Shown here: positions 10,035 to 19,747 of the stretch, piece by piece | How positions within the stretch are numbered: position 1 is the stretch's first letter | Layout: each line of letters begins with the position of its first letter | Assembly: GCA_963701855.1 (NCBI GenBank) | Contig: CAVPBK010000009.1 | Coordinates: 192,001-256,000 of the forward strand | Length of the DNA stretch: 64,000 nt | Source of the DNA: Nitrospirota bacterium | GTDB lineage: Bacteria > Nitrospirota > Nitrospiria > Nitrospirales > Nitrospiraceae | Direction of reading: 5' to 3' | Translations under genes and position numbers: made by a program | Notes under the pieces: model-generated | The model's database searches: none | What the model saw: only the letters and a program-made list of their open reading frames with translations | What the model was told of the DNA's origin: nothing

Positions 10035-11882
10035 ATGGAACAGGTGTTAGAGGACGCTCATCCTCCATGCGGGGCCATCGTACAATCTGACGGATCGGTT
10101 CGATGGCGTGTCTGGGCTCCGAGAGCGAATTGTGTCGATGTGGTCATGATTAGCGACAGCGCACGACGCCTCCATAGCATGACCCGTGAGGACGGGGGAT
10201 TCTTTAGTTTCATCAAAGACCCGATCGTGACCGGACAACGATACGCCTATCGCGTAAACGGAGGCCCTGATTATCCTGACCCAGCCTCGCGCTGGCAGCC
10301 GGACGGTGTCAATCAGCCATCCGCCGTCCTCCGAACCGATGAATTCATCTGGTCTGATGAGGACTGGAAGGGAGTCCGGCGCGGAGACCTGGTGTTCTAT
10401 GAAATTCACGTCGGCACGTTTACGCCTCAAGGTTCATTCGAAGCGATTATCCCGCGCCTACCGGCATTGCGTGAATTGGGAGTGACGGCGTTGGAGATCA
10501 TGCCGGTCGGGCAATTTTCAGGCACGCGCAACTGGGGCTATGATGGGGTCCATCCTGCGGCCCCGCAACATAGCTATGGCGGGCCTCATGGGCTGCAGCG
10601 TTTGGTGAACGCGTGCCACTTGCACGGCCTCGCCGTGTTCCTTGACGTGGTCTACAACCATATCGGACCGGAAGGCAGCTATTTCGGAGAATATGGACCG
10701 TACTTCACCGACCAGTACCGGACCCCCTGGGGCCTGGCCGTGAACTACGATGGTCGCAGCAGTGACGCGGTCCGTGAATTCGTTCTGGATAATGTCCGCA
10801 TGTGGATCGGAGAGTATCACCTCGACGGTCTACGCCTCGATGCCGTGCATGCCATCTACGATTTCGGGGCTCGGCATATTTTGAAGGACATTAAGGAAGC
10901 GGCTGACTCGGCTGCGTGGGAACGCGGGCGTCACGTCCACATCGTGGCCGAAAGCGACCTGAACGATGTCCGTCTGCTGCGTCCTCCACGACAGGGTGGT
11001 TATGGGCTTGACGCGCAATGGAACGATGACTTTCATCATCTTGTGCATGCGTCCCTCACCGGCGAGCGACGAGGATATTACCAAGACTATGGAGCAAGGG
11101 AACAGTTTCCACAATTGCTGACTAACACCTTTGTCTTGAACGGGTGCTACAGCGCACATCGGGGCCGCCGTCACGGCGGCCCCGATGAAGGTCTTCTTGG
11201 CGATCGGTTCGTCGTCTCTCTTCAGAACCATGATCAGGTCGGAAACCGCGCGGCCGGCGAACGGCTGGGCACACTTCTTACGCCGCCTGCACAGCGATTG
11301 GCAGCAAGCCTGTTGCTTCTTGCCCCCTATCTACCGCTTCTGTTTATGGGGGAGGAGTACGGAGAAGAACATCCATTTCATTTCTTCTGTTCGTTCAGCG
11401 ATCACAAACTGATCGACGCAGTCAGGAACGGACGGCGTCGAGAGTTTGAGGCGTTTCATGATGATGGTGCAGACGTACCGGATCCTCAAGCTGAGCCGAC
11501 ATTCATGGCCTCCCGCCTCACCTGGTCGTGGGAGTCCGATCAACACAAGTCAGGGCTGCGTCGACTGTATCAAGACCTGTTGCGGGCGCGCCATGAGTGG
11601 GCGGCGCTATGCAATTACTCGCAGCGATCCGCACGCCTACTGCCTGACAATCAGTCCGGAGGCATTTTGGAGTTGGTTCGCGGGGGGCCAACCCCGAATA
11701 CACCTGGGGCGATACAAGCTTTCTTTAATCTCACTCCCCGATCACAGCCCATTCCAGTTCAGACACTGGCGAACATGCTATGGACATCCGAAGCAGAGCA
11801 ATATCATGGCCAGCGAGAGACCGACAAGGTCACGGAGGTTCTATTGCCGTATGAATGCATGGTCTTCGGTGACAGTGAATAA
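10035..11882 (+). CDS. treZ: Malto-oligosyltrehalose trehalohydrolase
   Basis: RVWAP, PDPASRWQPDGV, RNWGYDG, DGLRLDAVHAI, QNHDQVGNR, LFMGEE. Confidence 0.96.
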   Translation: MEQVLEDAHPPCGAIVQSDGSVRWRVWAPRANCVDVVMISDSARRLHSMTREDGGFFSFIKDPIVTGQRYAYRVNGGPDYPDPASRWQPDGVNQPSAVLRTDEFIWSDEDWKGVRRGDLVFYEIHVGTFTPQGSFEAIIPRLPALRELGVTALEIMPVGQFSGTRNWGYDGVHPAAPQHSYGGPHGLQRLVNACHLHGLAVFLDVVYNHIGPEGSYFGEYGPYFTDQYRTPWGLAVNYDGRSSDAVREFVLDNVRMWIGEYHLDGLRLDAVHAIYDFGARHILKDIKEAADSAAWERGRHVHIVAESDLNDVRLLRPPRQGGYGLDAQWNDDFHHLVHASLTGERRGYYQDYGAREQFPQLLTNTFVLNGCYSAHRGRRHGGPDEGLLGDRFVVSLQNHDQVGNRAAGERLGTLLTPPAQRLAASLLLLAPYLPLLFMGEEYGEEHPFHFFCSFSDHKLIDAVRNGRRREFEAFHDDGADVPDPQAEPTFMASRLTWSWESDQHKSGLRRLYQDLLRARHEWAALCNYSQRSARLLPDNQSGGILELVRGGPTPNTPGAIQAFFNLTPRSQPIPVQTLANMLWTSEAEQYHGQRETDKVTEVLLPYECMVFGDSE

Positions 11883-12065
11883 CAGAAATGGAAGCGGTCT
11901 GAGTCATGGAGCGTCCGAACATGCAGTCCGCTTCTGGGAAGCATTACAACGGTGCCTTTGTCCTGCCGGCGCCGCCTGCACCCCTCGAATCGTCAGAGGT
12001 TATACGCAGCCTCATACAGATTTATAATCGGTGAAGCAGCGCGCGGAGCCAGGAGGGAATTTCTC

Positions 12066-14717
12066 TTGCGGAATGAAATCGCTACGTACCGGATTCAGCT
12101 GTCCAGCGGTTTTACGCTCGACCATGCCTCCGCCATCTCTGAGTACCTAGCCCAACTTGGAATCAGCCATCTGTACAGTTCACCTGTGTTACAAGCCGTG
12201 AAAGGAAGCCCACACGGCTACGATGTCTTGGATCATAGCCGCGTCAATAGCGAATTGGGCGGAGAGGCGGCATTCCAGCGACTATCCGACGCGCTTCGTG
12301 AGCACAACCTCGGAGTCCTTCTGGATATCGTGCCGAACCACATGGCCATCAGCGGGAGGGACAATCTCTGGTGGTGGGATGTGCTCGAAAATGGGCAATC
12401 GAGCAGATACGCGCCCTACTTCGATGTGGAATGGATGGCCCCGGAAAGCAAATTTCACCATCAGGTGTTGTTGCCGATATTGGGGGACCATTACGGGCGG
12501 ATCCTTGATGCAGGCGAGATTCATGTCGAGCGCCGCGACGGAACCTTCACAATCCACTATCACGATGATGTGTTTCCCATCGCTCCGCAATCTCTTCCTT
12601 TCATCCTGACACGTGCTGCGTCAAGCGCGCGTTCCGATATCCTGGCGTTCTTTGCAGATGCGCTGGAACAACTCCCCTCGTCATGGGCGACGGACTGGGA
12701 CAGCTTACATCGCCGTCACAGAGACAAAGGAATTTTGGGCACGCTGTTAACCCGATTTCTCCAGGAGGATTCTGCCGCAGCAGCCGCCGTTGACCACACC
12801 ATCGAAGAAATCAATGGAGACCATCAGGCGCTGCACGTGTTGCTGGAGCGACAGAACTATCGGTTGGGGTTCTGGCGCATCGCCACGCAAGACCTCGCGT
12901 ATCGCCGGTTCTTCGATATCAGCACGCTGATCGGCCTGCGGACGGAGCATGAGCAAGTCTTCGCCGATATCCATAATCTGGTGTTCCAATGGTTGACACC
13001 GAACGGCCCCGTCGATGGTGTACGAGTCGATCATCCCGATGGATTATTGGATCCCGAGCAGTATCTCATTCGCTTGCGCGATCGTGTGCCCAGCGGTTGG
13101 ATCGTGGTTGAAAAAATCCTCACCTCCGGAGAGCGATTGCGACCCTCATGGCCTGTGTCCGGCACGACCGGCTATGATTTCATGAACATGGTCATGGGCC
13201 TGTTTATCGATCAGGACAGTAACGCGCCCTTGACCAGATTTTATGGTGACTTCACAGGCGAGACAAGAAACTTTTCCGATATTCTGCGCGACAAAAAACT
13301 TCATATACTCCGACATGTGTTGGGGAGTGATCTCAACATTCTGACCTCGATGTTACTAAATATCTGTGAACGTCATCCAAATCATCGCGATTATACTCGC
13401 CAAGAATTGCATGAATCGCTCAGGGAACTGATGGTGGAGTTTCCGGTGTACCGGTCCTACATTCGCCCTAGCGCCGGCTGCATCACCCAGGAGGATGAGG
13501 ACGTGGTTATGCGCGCATTCCACGGAGTGGCGACTAGAAGGACAGACTTGGGAGACGATCTGTTGGGCTTCATCCGCGATATTTTACTTCTCAAGATAGT
13601 GGGCAATGTGGAGTCCGACTTTGTCACACGGTTCCAGCAAGTTACCGGCCCGGTCATGGCCAAAGGCGCTGAAGACACGGCATTTTATTGCTATCATCGA
13701 TTTATTGCGCTCAATGAGGTAGGCGGCAATCCAGAACGCTATGGAATCACCGTCGACCAGTTTCATGCCTGGTGTCAGGACATACAGCGCGATTGGCCGA
13801 AAACGATGCTCAGTACATCGACCCACGATACGAAACGGAGCGAAGATGTGAGAGCTCGACTGGTCATTCTTTCGGAAATGCCCACTCAATGGATGGAGAC
13901 GGTAGCTGCCTGGTCCAAACGTCACATTCGATACTGGAATGCCCAACCTCCTGACCATAATTTCGAATACTTCCTGTACCAAACTCTGGTGGGCTCGTGG
14001 CCACTTGAAGAAGAACGAGCAATGGTTTACTGCGAGAAAGCAATTCGGGAAGCCAAGACCCATACATCATGGACCAATCCACAGACAAACTATGAAGACA
14101 ACATCAGAATCTTCGTTCGAGGGTTATATGCCGACGAAGAGTTTATACGGGAACTCGGTCGTTTTGTTGGAGACTTGGAATTATATGGGTACCAGACTTC
14201 ACTGTCTCAGACATTGATCAAACTAACAGCCCCCGGCATTCCTGATATATATCAGGGCTCCGAGCTATGGAATTTCAGTCTGGTAGATCCAGACAATCGG
14301 AGACCCGTCGACTATGACGCACGACGAAAGGTACTGCACGAATTGCCAGGATTGTCACCGGAGGCGATTTGGCAACGGCGTCACGAAGGCTTGGCGAAAC
14401 TCTGGATTATCCGTCAGGCCCTGCGTGTCCGACGTGAACGGCCACAGGCATTTGGCACCCAGGGGACGTATTCTCCGCTATACACCCGCGGGGAGAAATC
14501 CGCACATGTTGTCAGCTTCCTGAGAGGTGAAGAGGTGATTTCCATTGCTCCACGCTTATTCCTGAACTTACAAGATGGGTGGCATCACACCGTGATCGAT
14601 TTGCCCGAAGGACGCTGGCGCCAGGAATTCGATGGCCAGGTATTTGACAGCGGGCCCTGTCAAATGGAGGATGTATTGCATACGTTCCCCGTCGGGCTAT
14701 TGTCCAAAATGGGATAG
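12066..14717 (+). CDS. treY: Malto-oligosyltrehalose synthase
   Basis: ATYRIQL, GSPHGYDV, DIVPNHM, RVDHPDGL, STHDTKRSEDVRAR, SLVDPDNRRPVD; TTG start after GGAGGG (ORF track 11952). Confidence 0.96.
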   Translation: MRNEIATYRIQLSSGFTLDHASAISEYLAQLGISHLYSSPVLQAVKGSPHGYDVLDHSRVNSELGGEAAFQRLSDALREHNLGVLLDIVPNHMAISGRDNLWWWDVLENGQSSRYAPYFDVEWMAPESKFHHQVLLPILGDHYGRILDAGEIHVERRDGTFTIHYHDDVFPIAPQSLPFILTRAASSARSDILAFFADALEQLPSSWATDWDSLHRRHRDKGILGTLLTRFLQEDSAAAAAVDHTIEEINGDHQALHVLLERQNYRLGFWRIATQDLAYRRFFDISTLIGLRTEHEQVFADIHNLVFQWLTPNGPVDGVRVDHPDGLLDPEQYLIRLRDRVPSGWIVVEKILTSGERLRPSWPVSGTTGYDFMNMVMGLFIDQDSNAPLTRFYGDFTGETRNFSDILRDKKLHILRHVLGSDLNILTSMLLNICERHPNHRDYTRQELHESLRELMVEFPVYRSYIRPSAGCITQEDEDVVMRAFHGVATRRTDLGDDLLGFIRDILLLKIVGNVESDFVTRFQQVTGPVMAKGAEDTAFYCYHRFIALNEVGGNPERYGITVDQFHAWCQDIQRDWPKTMLSTSTHDTKRSEDVRARLVILSEMPTQWMETVAAWSKRHIRYWNAQPPDHNFEYFLYQTLVGSWPLEEERAMVYCEKAIREAKTHTSWTNPQTNYEDNIRIFVRGLYADEEFIRELGRFVGDLELYGYQTSLSQTLIKLTAPGIPDIYQGSELWNFSLVDPDNRRPVDYDARRKVLHELPGLSPEAIWQRRHEGLAKLWIIRQALRVRRERPQAFGTQGTYSPLYTRGEKSAHVVSFLRGEEVISIAPRLFLNLQDGWHHTVIDLPEGRWRQEFDGQVFDSGPCQMEDVLHTFPVGLLSKMG

Positions 14718-14800
14718 ACGCTGCCGGTCTGACGCACGAGATATTTCAGCGACGTTCCGCGCTAGACTTCAAAACAGATCCCCGATTGTTGATGTTCCCT

Positions 14801-16360
14801 TCACCGCCACTCGACCGCGCCGAATCCGGAGCTTCCGAGGAAGACATACATGAGACTGATGGTTTCGACCGTTTGGTCCCGATACTCCACGGTCGGATAC
14901 TGGGCGTCCCGGTGTGAGATGAGATACCGGAGCGCGACGCCATGTTGACCAATGACCCGGAGGGTGAACGAACCTTCTCCACGCAGCATATTTTCTTCTC
15001 CCTGTTCGGAGGCAAGCAAGCTACTGACATAGTACTCGCGCCCTGTGAGGTCGATCATCGCTCGGTCGCCGAAGATTAGACGGAGAGCGAGTAAGCCTTG
15101 CGGGGTGGCCCCATAGTGATAGTCCCGCTCCTCCGTGCGCTGGATGCTGCCGGCCGCGCCATAGCCGGCGCCGGCCAGAACTGTGCCCTGGAGCGCCACC
15201 ATACGAGAGAACCACGATTGCCAGGTCGTTCCGAGCGACAGCGCGGTGCTGGACACGCGGAATACTTGGGGGGAAATATAGTCAAAGCTTCCGAAGAGAC
15301 CCCACACCCCACGAGTGGAATCACGGGATTCATAGGTGCGACCGAGCAGGAGTCCCCGTGTATTGAGACTCTCAATGGTATTCGCCGTGACGGCAGTCAC
15401 GTGGAAATCAAAATAATCGAATGGACGGGCGTAACTATAGCCGGGCTTGCCAGGGAGACCATATGTGAAGGTGAAATCTCCCACAGCGCCATGCTCTTTG
15501 ACGCTGGAAGAGACGTTCTGGCTGCTTGAGGTGAGCGTTCCACCTAATTGCAGACGCATAAACGTGGCAGGCTGGTGGCTCGGGAACACCGCGTCGAACT
15601 TGTTACCGAATGCCAGGCGGTTGAGCCCAGTGGGGGGCGAAATCACAGCCGCGCCGAGTTCACGCCAGAAGCCGGGCCTGCCATCTTCGGTCTCCAGCAG
15701 CAGACTGGCCATGCGGAAGAATGGTTCGCCCAGGAATGACCCACCGATGGGCGTCGCGATCATGTCGTTGATCGAAGGAGCCGTCGTTTCGCCTCCCATT
15801 TCCCAGAGATAACTCCCGGCGCTGCTATACAGAAACGATTCCCAGAAATTGAGGCCCGTCGATCGAGCTAGACCGTAGTAGATGCTCCCGCTGTAGGGGT
15901 GTAGGAACTGGTTGACGGAAAACTGGTCGTTGTCGATCACCCAATGCGGATCAGTCACGTGCTGCCAGAACGTATCGCCTGTGGTTTGGTATACAGCTTT
16001 AGGCTCGACAAAATGCCGATCGAACTGATTGAGCAAGAGCAAGTAGGCCGTAATTTCAACGGCGGGAAGGAAGTAGCTGCGACCGGCCCCAGTCTCCCAA
16101 TTTAAACGGGTATTCCACCATTCGGAAGGAGTTTGAAAAAATGGGGCGGATTGACCCAGTCTGTGACGAGGTTCACCTGGGTTGACTGGCCCCTGTATTT
16201 CGGGAGCGGTGCCCTCTTGGAGGGGGTCTGCGGCACGAACTACGGCGAGGCCTTGGCCCGACATGATGAGCGCAAGCGTGAAAACTCCAGGAAGAAGTAA
16301 GGTTCGCGGGCACTGAATGTGACGCCCTGATCCGTTCATTTTCCAGATATAGTTCGTCAT
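14801..16360 (-). CDS. DUF3943-domain outer membrane protein
   Basis: DNDQFSVNQFLHPYSGSIYY...WEMGGET...PSINDMIATPIGG motif; beta-barrel-like C-terminus. Confidence 0.8.
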   Translation of the reverse strand: MTNYIWKMNGSGRHIQCPRTLLLPGVFTLALIMSGQGLAVVRAADPLQEGTAPEIQGPVNPGEPRHRLGQSAPFFQTPSEWWNTRLNWETGAGRSYFLPAVEITAYLLLLNQFDRHFVEPKAVYQTTGDTFWQHVTDPHWVIDNDQFSVNQFLHPYSGSIYYGLARSTGLNFWESFLYSSAGSYLWEMGGETTAPSINDMIATPIGGSFLGEPFFRMASLLLETEDGRPGFWRELGAAVISPPTGLNRLAFGNKFDAVFPSHQPATFMRLQLGGTLTSSSQNVSSSVKEHGAVGDFTFTYGLPGKPGYSYARPFDYFDFHVTAVTANTIESLNTRGLLLGRTYESRDSTRGVWGLFGSFDYISPQVFRVSSTALSLGTTWQSWFSRMVALQGTVLAGAGYGAAGSIQRTEERDYHYGATPQGLLALRLIFGDRAMIDLTGREYYVSSLLASEQGEENMLRGEGSFTLRVIGQHGVALRYLISHRDAQYPTVEYRDQTVETISLMYVFLGSSGFGAVEWR

Positions 16361-17767
16361 TTCGCTGATGCAATTGACATCCGCAACTCCCCGAGTGCAT
16401 CACAACGTGTTTCGACCGCTTCATGATTCCGTCCTTTCGAATAATTGTCGCTCCCGACCAAGACCGACACTGGGATAATCCCTAACTGGAACCACTAGCC
16501 GGCATATAGCCCTCGTACGAAGGTTCTGATGCTGTCTTCATATTCTGTATGTGGATCGGCCTACGAGGTGTGGGGCTAGGCTTCGCGCATCGCCTTCCCA
16601 GAGTAAGTCAACACTCGTTCTCCTTGACGGCTACCGCCAGTCCCTCCGTGATTGCAGGCTCCCCTCATTGTTTTCATTGCCCGAGTGAAACACCCAGGAC
16701 AGCAGGTGTGAATGAGGAGGCAATCGGCTGGGCTCGACACGATGGGTCTGTAGAAAGGTCCGTCGTGCGACCCAATGCACGCTATGAACAGAATGACCGT
16801 CCTCTTCTTGAATGAGTCCACAGAGACAATAAATTGGCACGAACAATCTCTCTCTCCCTGGAGCGGAGTGTCCTTCATGGGTGATTGGTGCGAACCGGGG
16901 TTTACCAGCCATGGACCCTTCTCCTTTATTCGCGAATGAATATTCAGCGCGGAATTACCCTCCATGTGGACCCCCGCTGCCCTGATGAGGGAAGGTACCG
17001 CGAGAATCAGTTTAGCTTGACTGGGAATTACCCTAGGTAACCCGATGACATCTCCGCTTAGACTTAGGGCCTTCCATGCGGGATAGCAATAATGGGTCTC
17101 AGAAGCGCAACGCGCTCACGAGTCGTACTGCCTCAGCACATTGAGAGAAACAGGTTTCCCCTCCGCGGGTCTGTACGCAAACCTCTGATAATTCTTGTAG
17201 ATGCGATTCACACCCCAGTGCGCTATGCTCCAAGTGTGCTGTGGTCCAACGCACGGGCACTTACCCGCGCGTCCGAGAACCCCTCAGAACCTAGCCCCGG
17301 AGCATCCCCACAGGTCCTTCCACCGTCATCGACGCATTCCCCTCAGTCCGGAATTGACCAGCACATACGCGTCCCGACCTGCGCCGACCGCCAGACGCAC
17401 TGCCTCTCTTCGCATCTCGGTAACTCCTTCACGATCTCCCTGCTTAGTAGGACATGCTCACTTCCAAACTAGGGGGTTCCCTAGATTCGATAATTATGCG
17501 AGGGGCGTATACGTGCTTGTAGGCGTGTGTTTACACCAATCGAACATATGAAGTTATATGACTAACTCCAATCGCCGGGGCCTGGGTATGTGCCAGAGGC
17601 TCAATGGTATCCACAGCTCATCTTTGCGTTTGGCCTCGCGTTGAGCATCATGCGGGCAGCCCTGCTGTTATGGTTGGTTGGAGCCATGACCTCAGCTAGC
17701 ACGGCGTTCTTGAGCGTAGCGAAGTTCCCGGCAGCTGTATTCATCATCCGATCTGGAGGAACTTACA

Positions 17768-18094
17768 ATGCCTGAACTAGAATTACCGCCATCCGCCCTT
17801 GACCTTCGAGACCCATCGAACTGCTTAAACATTGCGATGGCTAGGCCTGGCCAAGAGATTCGAGTGCTCGTACGTCCCGAAAACGAGGCAACCGCGAGAC
17901 TGATGGAAGCTGTGGGTACCCTCAGCAACGACGGAAAATCGTTCTCTGTCGTGGTAACAAGAGAGGATGGCGCACAGCAGACCCACGACTTATCCTATAG
18001 GGATCTCTTGAAGATACTCTCGACTGAATCGCGTGCCACAATGCTTTCCCCTCCGAGGGAACCGCGTAAAGTCCCTCAAAAGATCTTCAGCTAG
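17768..18094 (+). CDS. Hypothetical protein
   Basis: RBS GGAGG before ATG; 108 aa. Confidence 0.55.
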   Translation: MPELELPPSALDLRDPSNCLNIAMARPGQEIRVLVRPENEATARLMEAVGTLSNDGKSFSVVVTREDGAQQTHDLSYRDLLKILSTESRATMLSPPREPRKVPQKIFS

Positions 18095-18361
18095 GGGATT
18101 TCCTCGTAGCCGTAAGTCTGGGGGCTTGCTAGAGTGAAGATGCTTTAGAAAAACGCGATGGGAAAAACTGCATACGAGCAGTGGAAGCATCACGAAGTCT
18201 GAAGCCGAAGGATCGACTCTAAAAGGAATCGAGCCTTTATTTTCTCTTGAAGCGCGCAGTACTTATCGAGAACCACTGGAGAACATATAATCGGGGCACG
18301 CCTGATATAGTCACCCTGGGATGTGTGGTGTCACCAGACTGAAATGGCAAGGAGGACGACC

Positions 18362-18754
18362 ATGCGTCAGATCCGCACTTGGCTCTCAACCCTCATCGGC
18401 ATAACCGCTCTCCAGATGATCTCCCCAGGCTGCACACTCAAGGCTACGATCAAGGAGATCACGGACACGACCTCCAACGCCACAGGAACGACCTCCGTCC
18501 GCACCTGGTTTACTGAAGACGGCATGTTGCATCCCGAATATACGCTCACCGCCTTCACTGCCCTGAACCAGACGAATGTGGAACAGGACCTAGCGCGAGG
18601 ACAGGGAGAATATCTCACATCGTTCGGTACCCTCCTGGGGCTTTCGGACAACCAGCAAGCAGCCTTTCACGCAAAGTCACAGAGGGCATTCGTGACGCTC
18701 ATGACGTCCAATCATGACGCCCAGCTCCAACAGTTGCGGACGCTTGCTCGCTAG
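18362..18754 (+). CDS. DUF3015-family lipoprotein
   Basis: RBS AGGAGG; lipobox SPGC; LARGQGEYLTS motif. Confidence 0.8.
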   Translation: MRQIRTWLSTLIGITALQMISPGCTLKATIKEITDTTSNATGTTSVRTWFTEDGMLHPEYTLTAFTALNQTNVEQDLARGQGEYLTSFGTLLGLSDNQQAAFHAKSQRAFVTLMTSNHDAQLQQLRTLAR

Positions 18755-19030
18755 CAACGCTCTTGTGGTGATGTCCGGACGCACGTGAACGGGCGAGGGA
18801 GAATAACTCTGCCCGTTTCTGTATGAGGGGAGACCTCGACCTACTGACGCTTTCCTCTGCACCCGGTATGGGCACAGTGGCAAGGTTCGCCTGTTCTTGC
18901 CTCTCGGCAACTAGACGAACAAAACTCTTTGCCCGGTTCGGCAGGACACGTACAGTTCGGGTGTGCGCATGGTTTTTTCGTCATGGTCTAACTCCTTCTT
19001 CCGTTAAGAGGTTCTAACAGATGCCGCAAT

Positions 19031-19207
19031 TTATTCGGCAGGCACCTTTGCCCCTTTGCGTCTAGCTTCTGAAAGACCAATGGCAACGGCTTGTTTTCTA
19101 CTTTTGACCCAGTTGCCGCCCTTTCCGCTTTTTAGAGTTCCTTTTTTCAGTTTATGCATCGCCCGCTTGACCGATCGCTGTGCGCTCTTGCCATATTTGG
19201 CCATCAT
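19031..19207 (-). CDS. DUF6496-like small basic protein (58 aa, not in ORF track)
   Basis: Manual translation MMAKYGKSAQRSVKRAMHKLKKGTLKSGKGGNWVKSRKQAVAIGLSEARRKGAKVPAE; KSRKQAVAIGLSEAR motif. Confidence 0.85.
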   Translation of the reverse strand: MMAKYGKSAQRSVKRAMHKLKKGTLKSGKGGNWVKSRKQAVAIGLSEARRKGAKVPAE

Positions 19208-19747
19208 GGTATTAATTCCTTTCTGAGCATCATAGCGGTATCGCGACTTTTGCTTTCTGTATCGAACGAGTACAGATCTCGACTTTGAAACAAGAACTCA
19301 CAGCTTAGAGTATTGAATCTATAACGGTGCCAATATCCCTATAGTAAATGGTGTGGTACGGAGAGGGAGCTAGGAATTACCCTGGAAGCACGAAGGGAAA
19401 AGAGGTTCCAGCACCGTCATCCCCTGACGGAAGAGTGTCATTAGGGGTATAGGCGAAAGCGGCAAGGTACGCAGTGTGCCCGATTCTATGTGTTCTCCCG
19501 TGCATCCATTGCAACGGGATGCACACATCACCCAATGTTATAGAGAAGGCCGATCGCCACTTTCCGCTGATCTGGAAGGGTTTTGTCGCCGGCTAAATTT
19601 GTTTGTGGTGGTCTTTGAAGGTCTCGGTCACATCGGTCTATCATGCCCGGGTTGATGATGAGCTGTATCATTGTCACCTTGGGCACAAGGTACAAGGTCA
19701 TAGCTAGTCGGGAACTGCGTTTGGCGGGCACGCAAGAGGACAAGCCC

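Noticed and set aside
16549..17775. Several short ORFs between DUF3943 and the 17768 gene
   Set aside because: Mutually overlapping, with no motifs or clear RBS; region treated as regulatory or decayed
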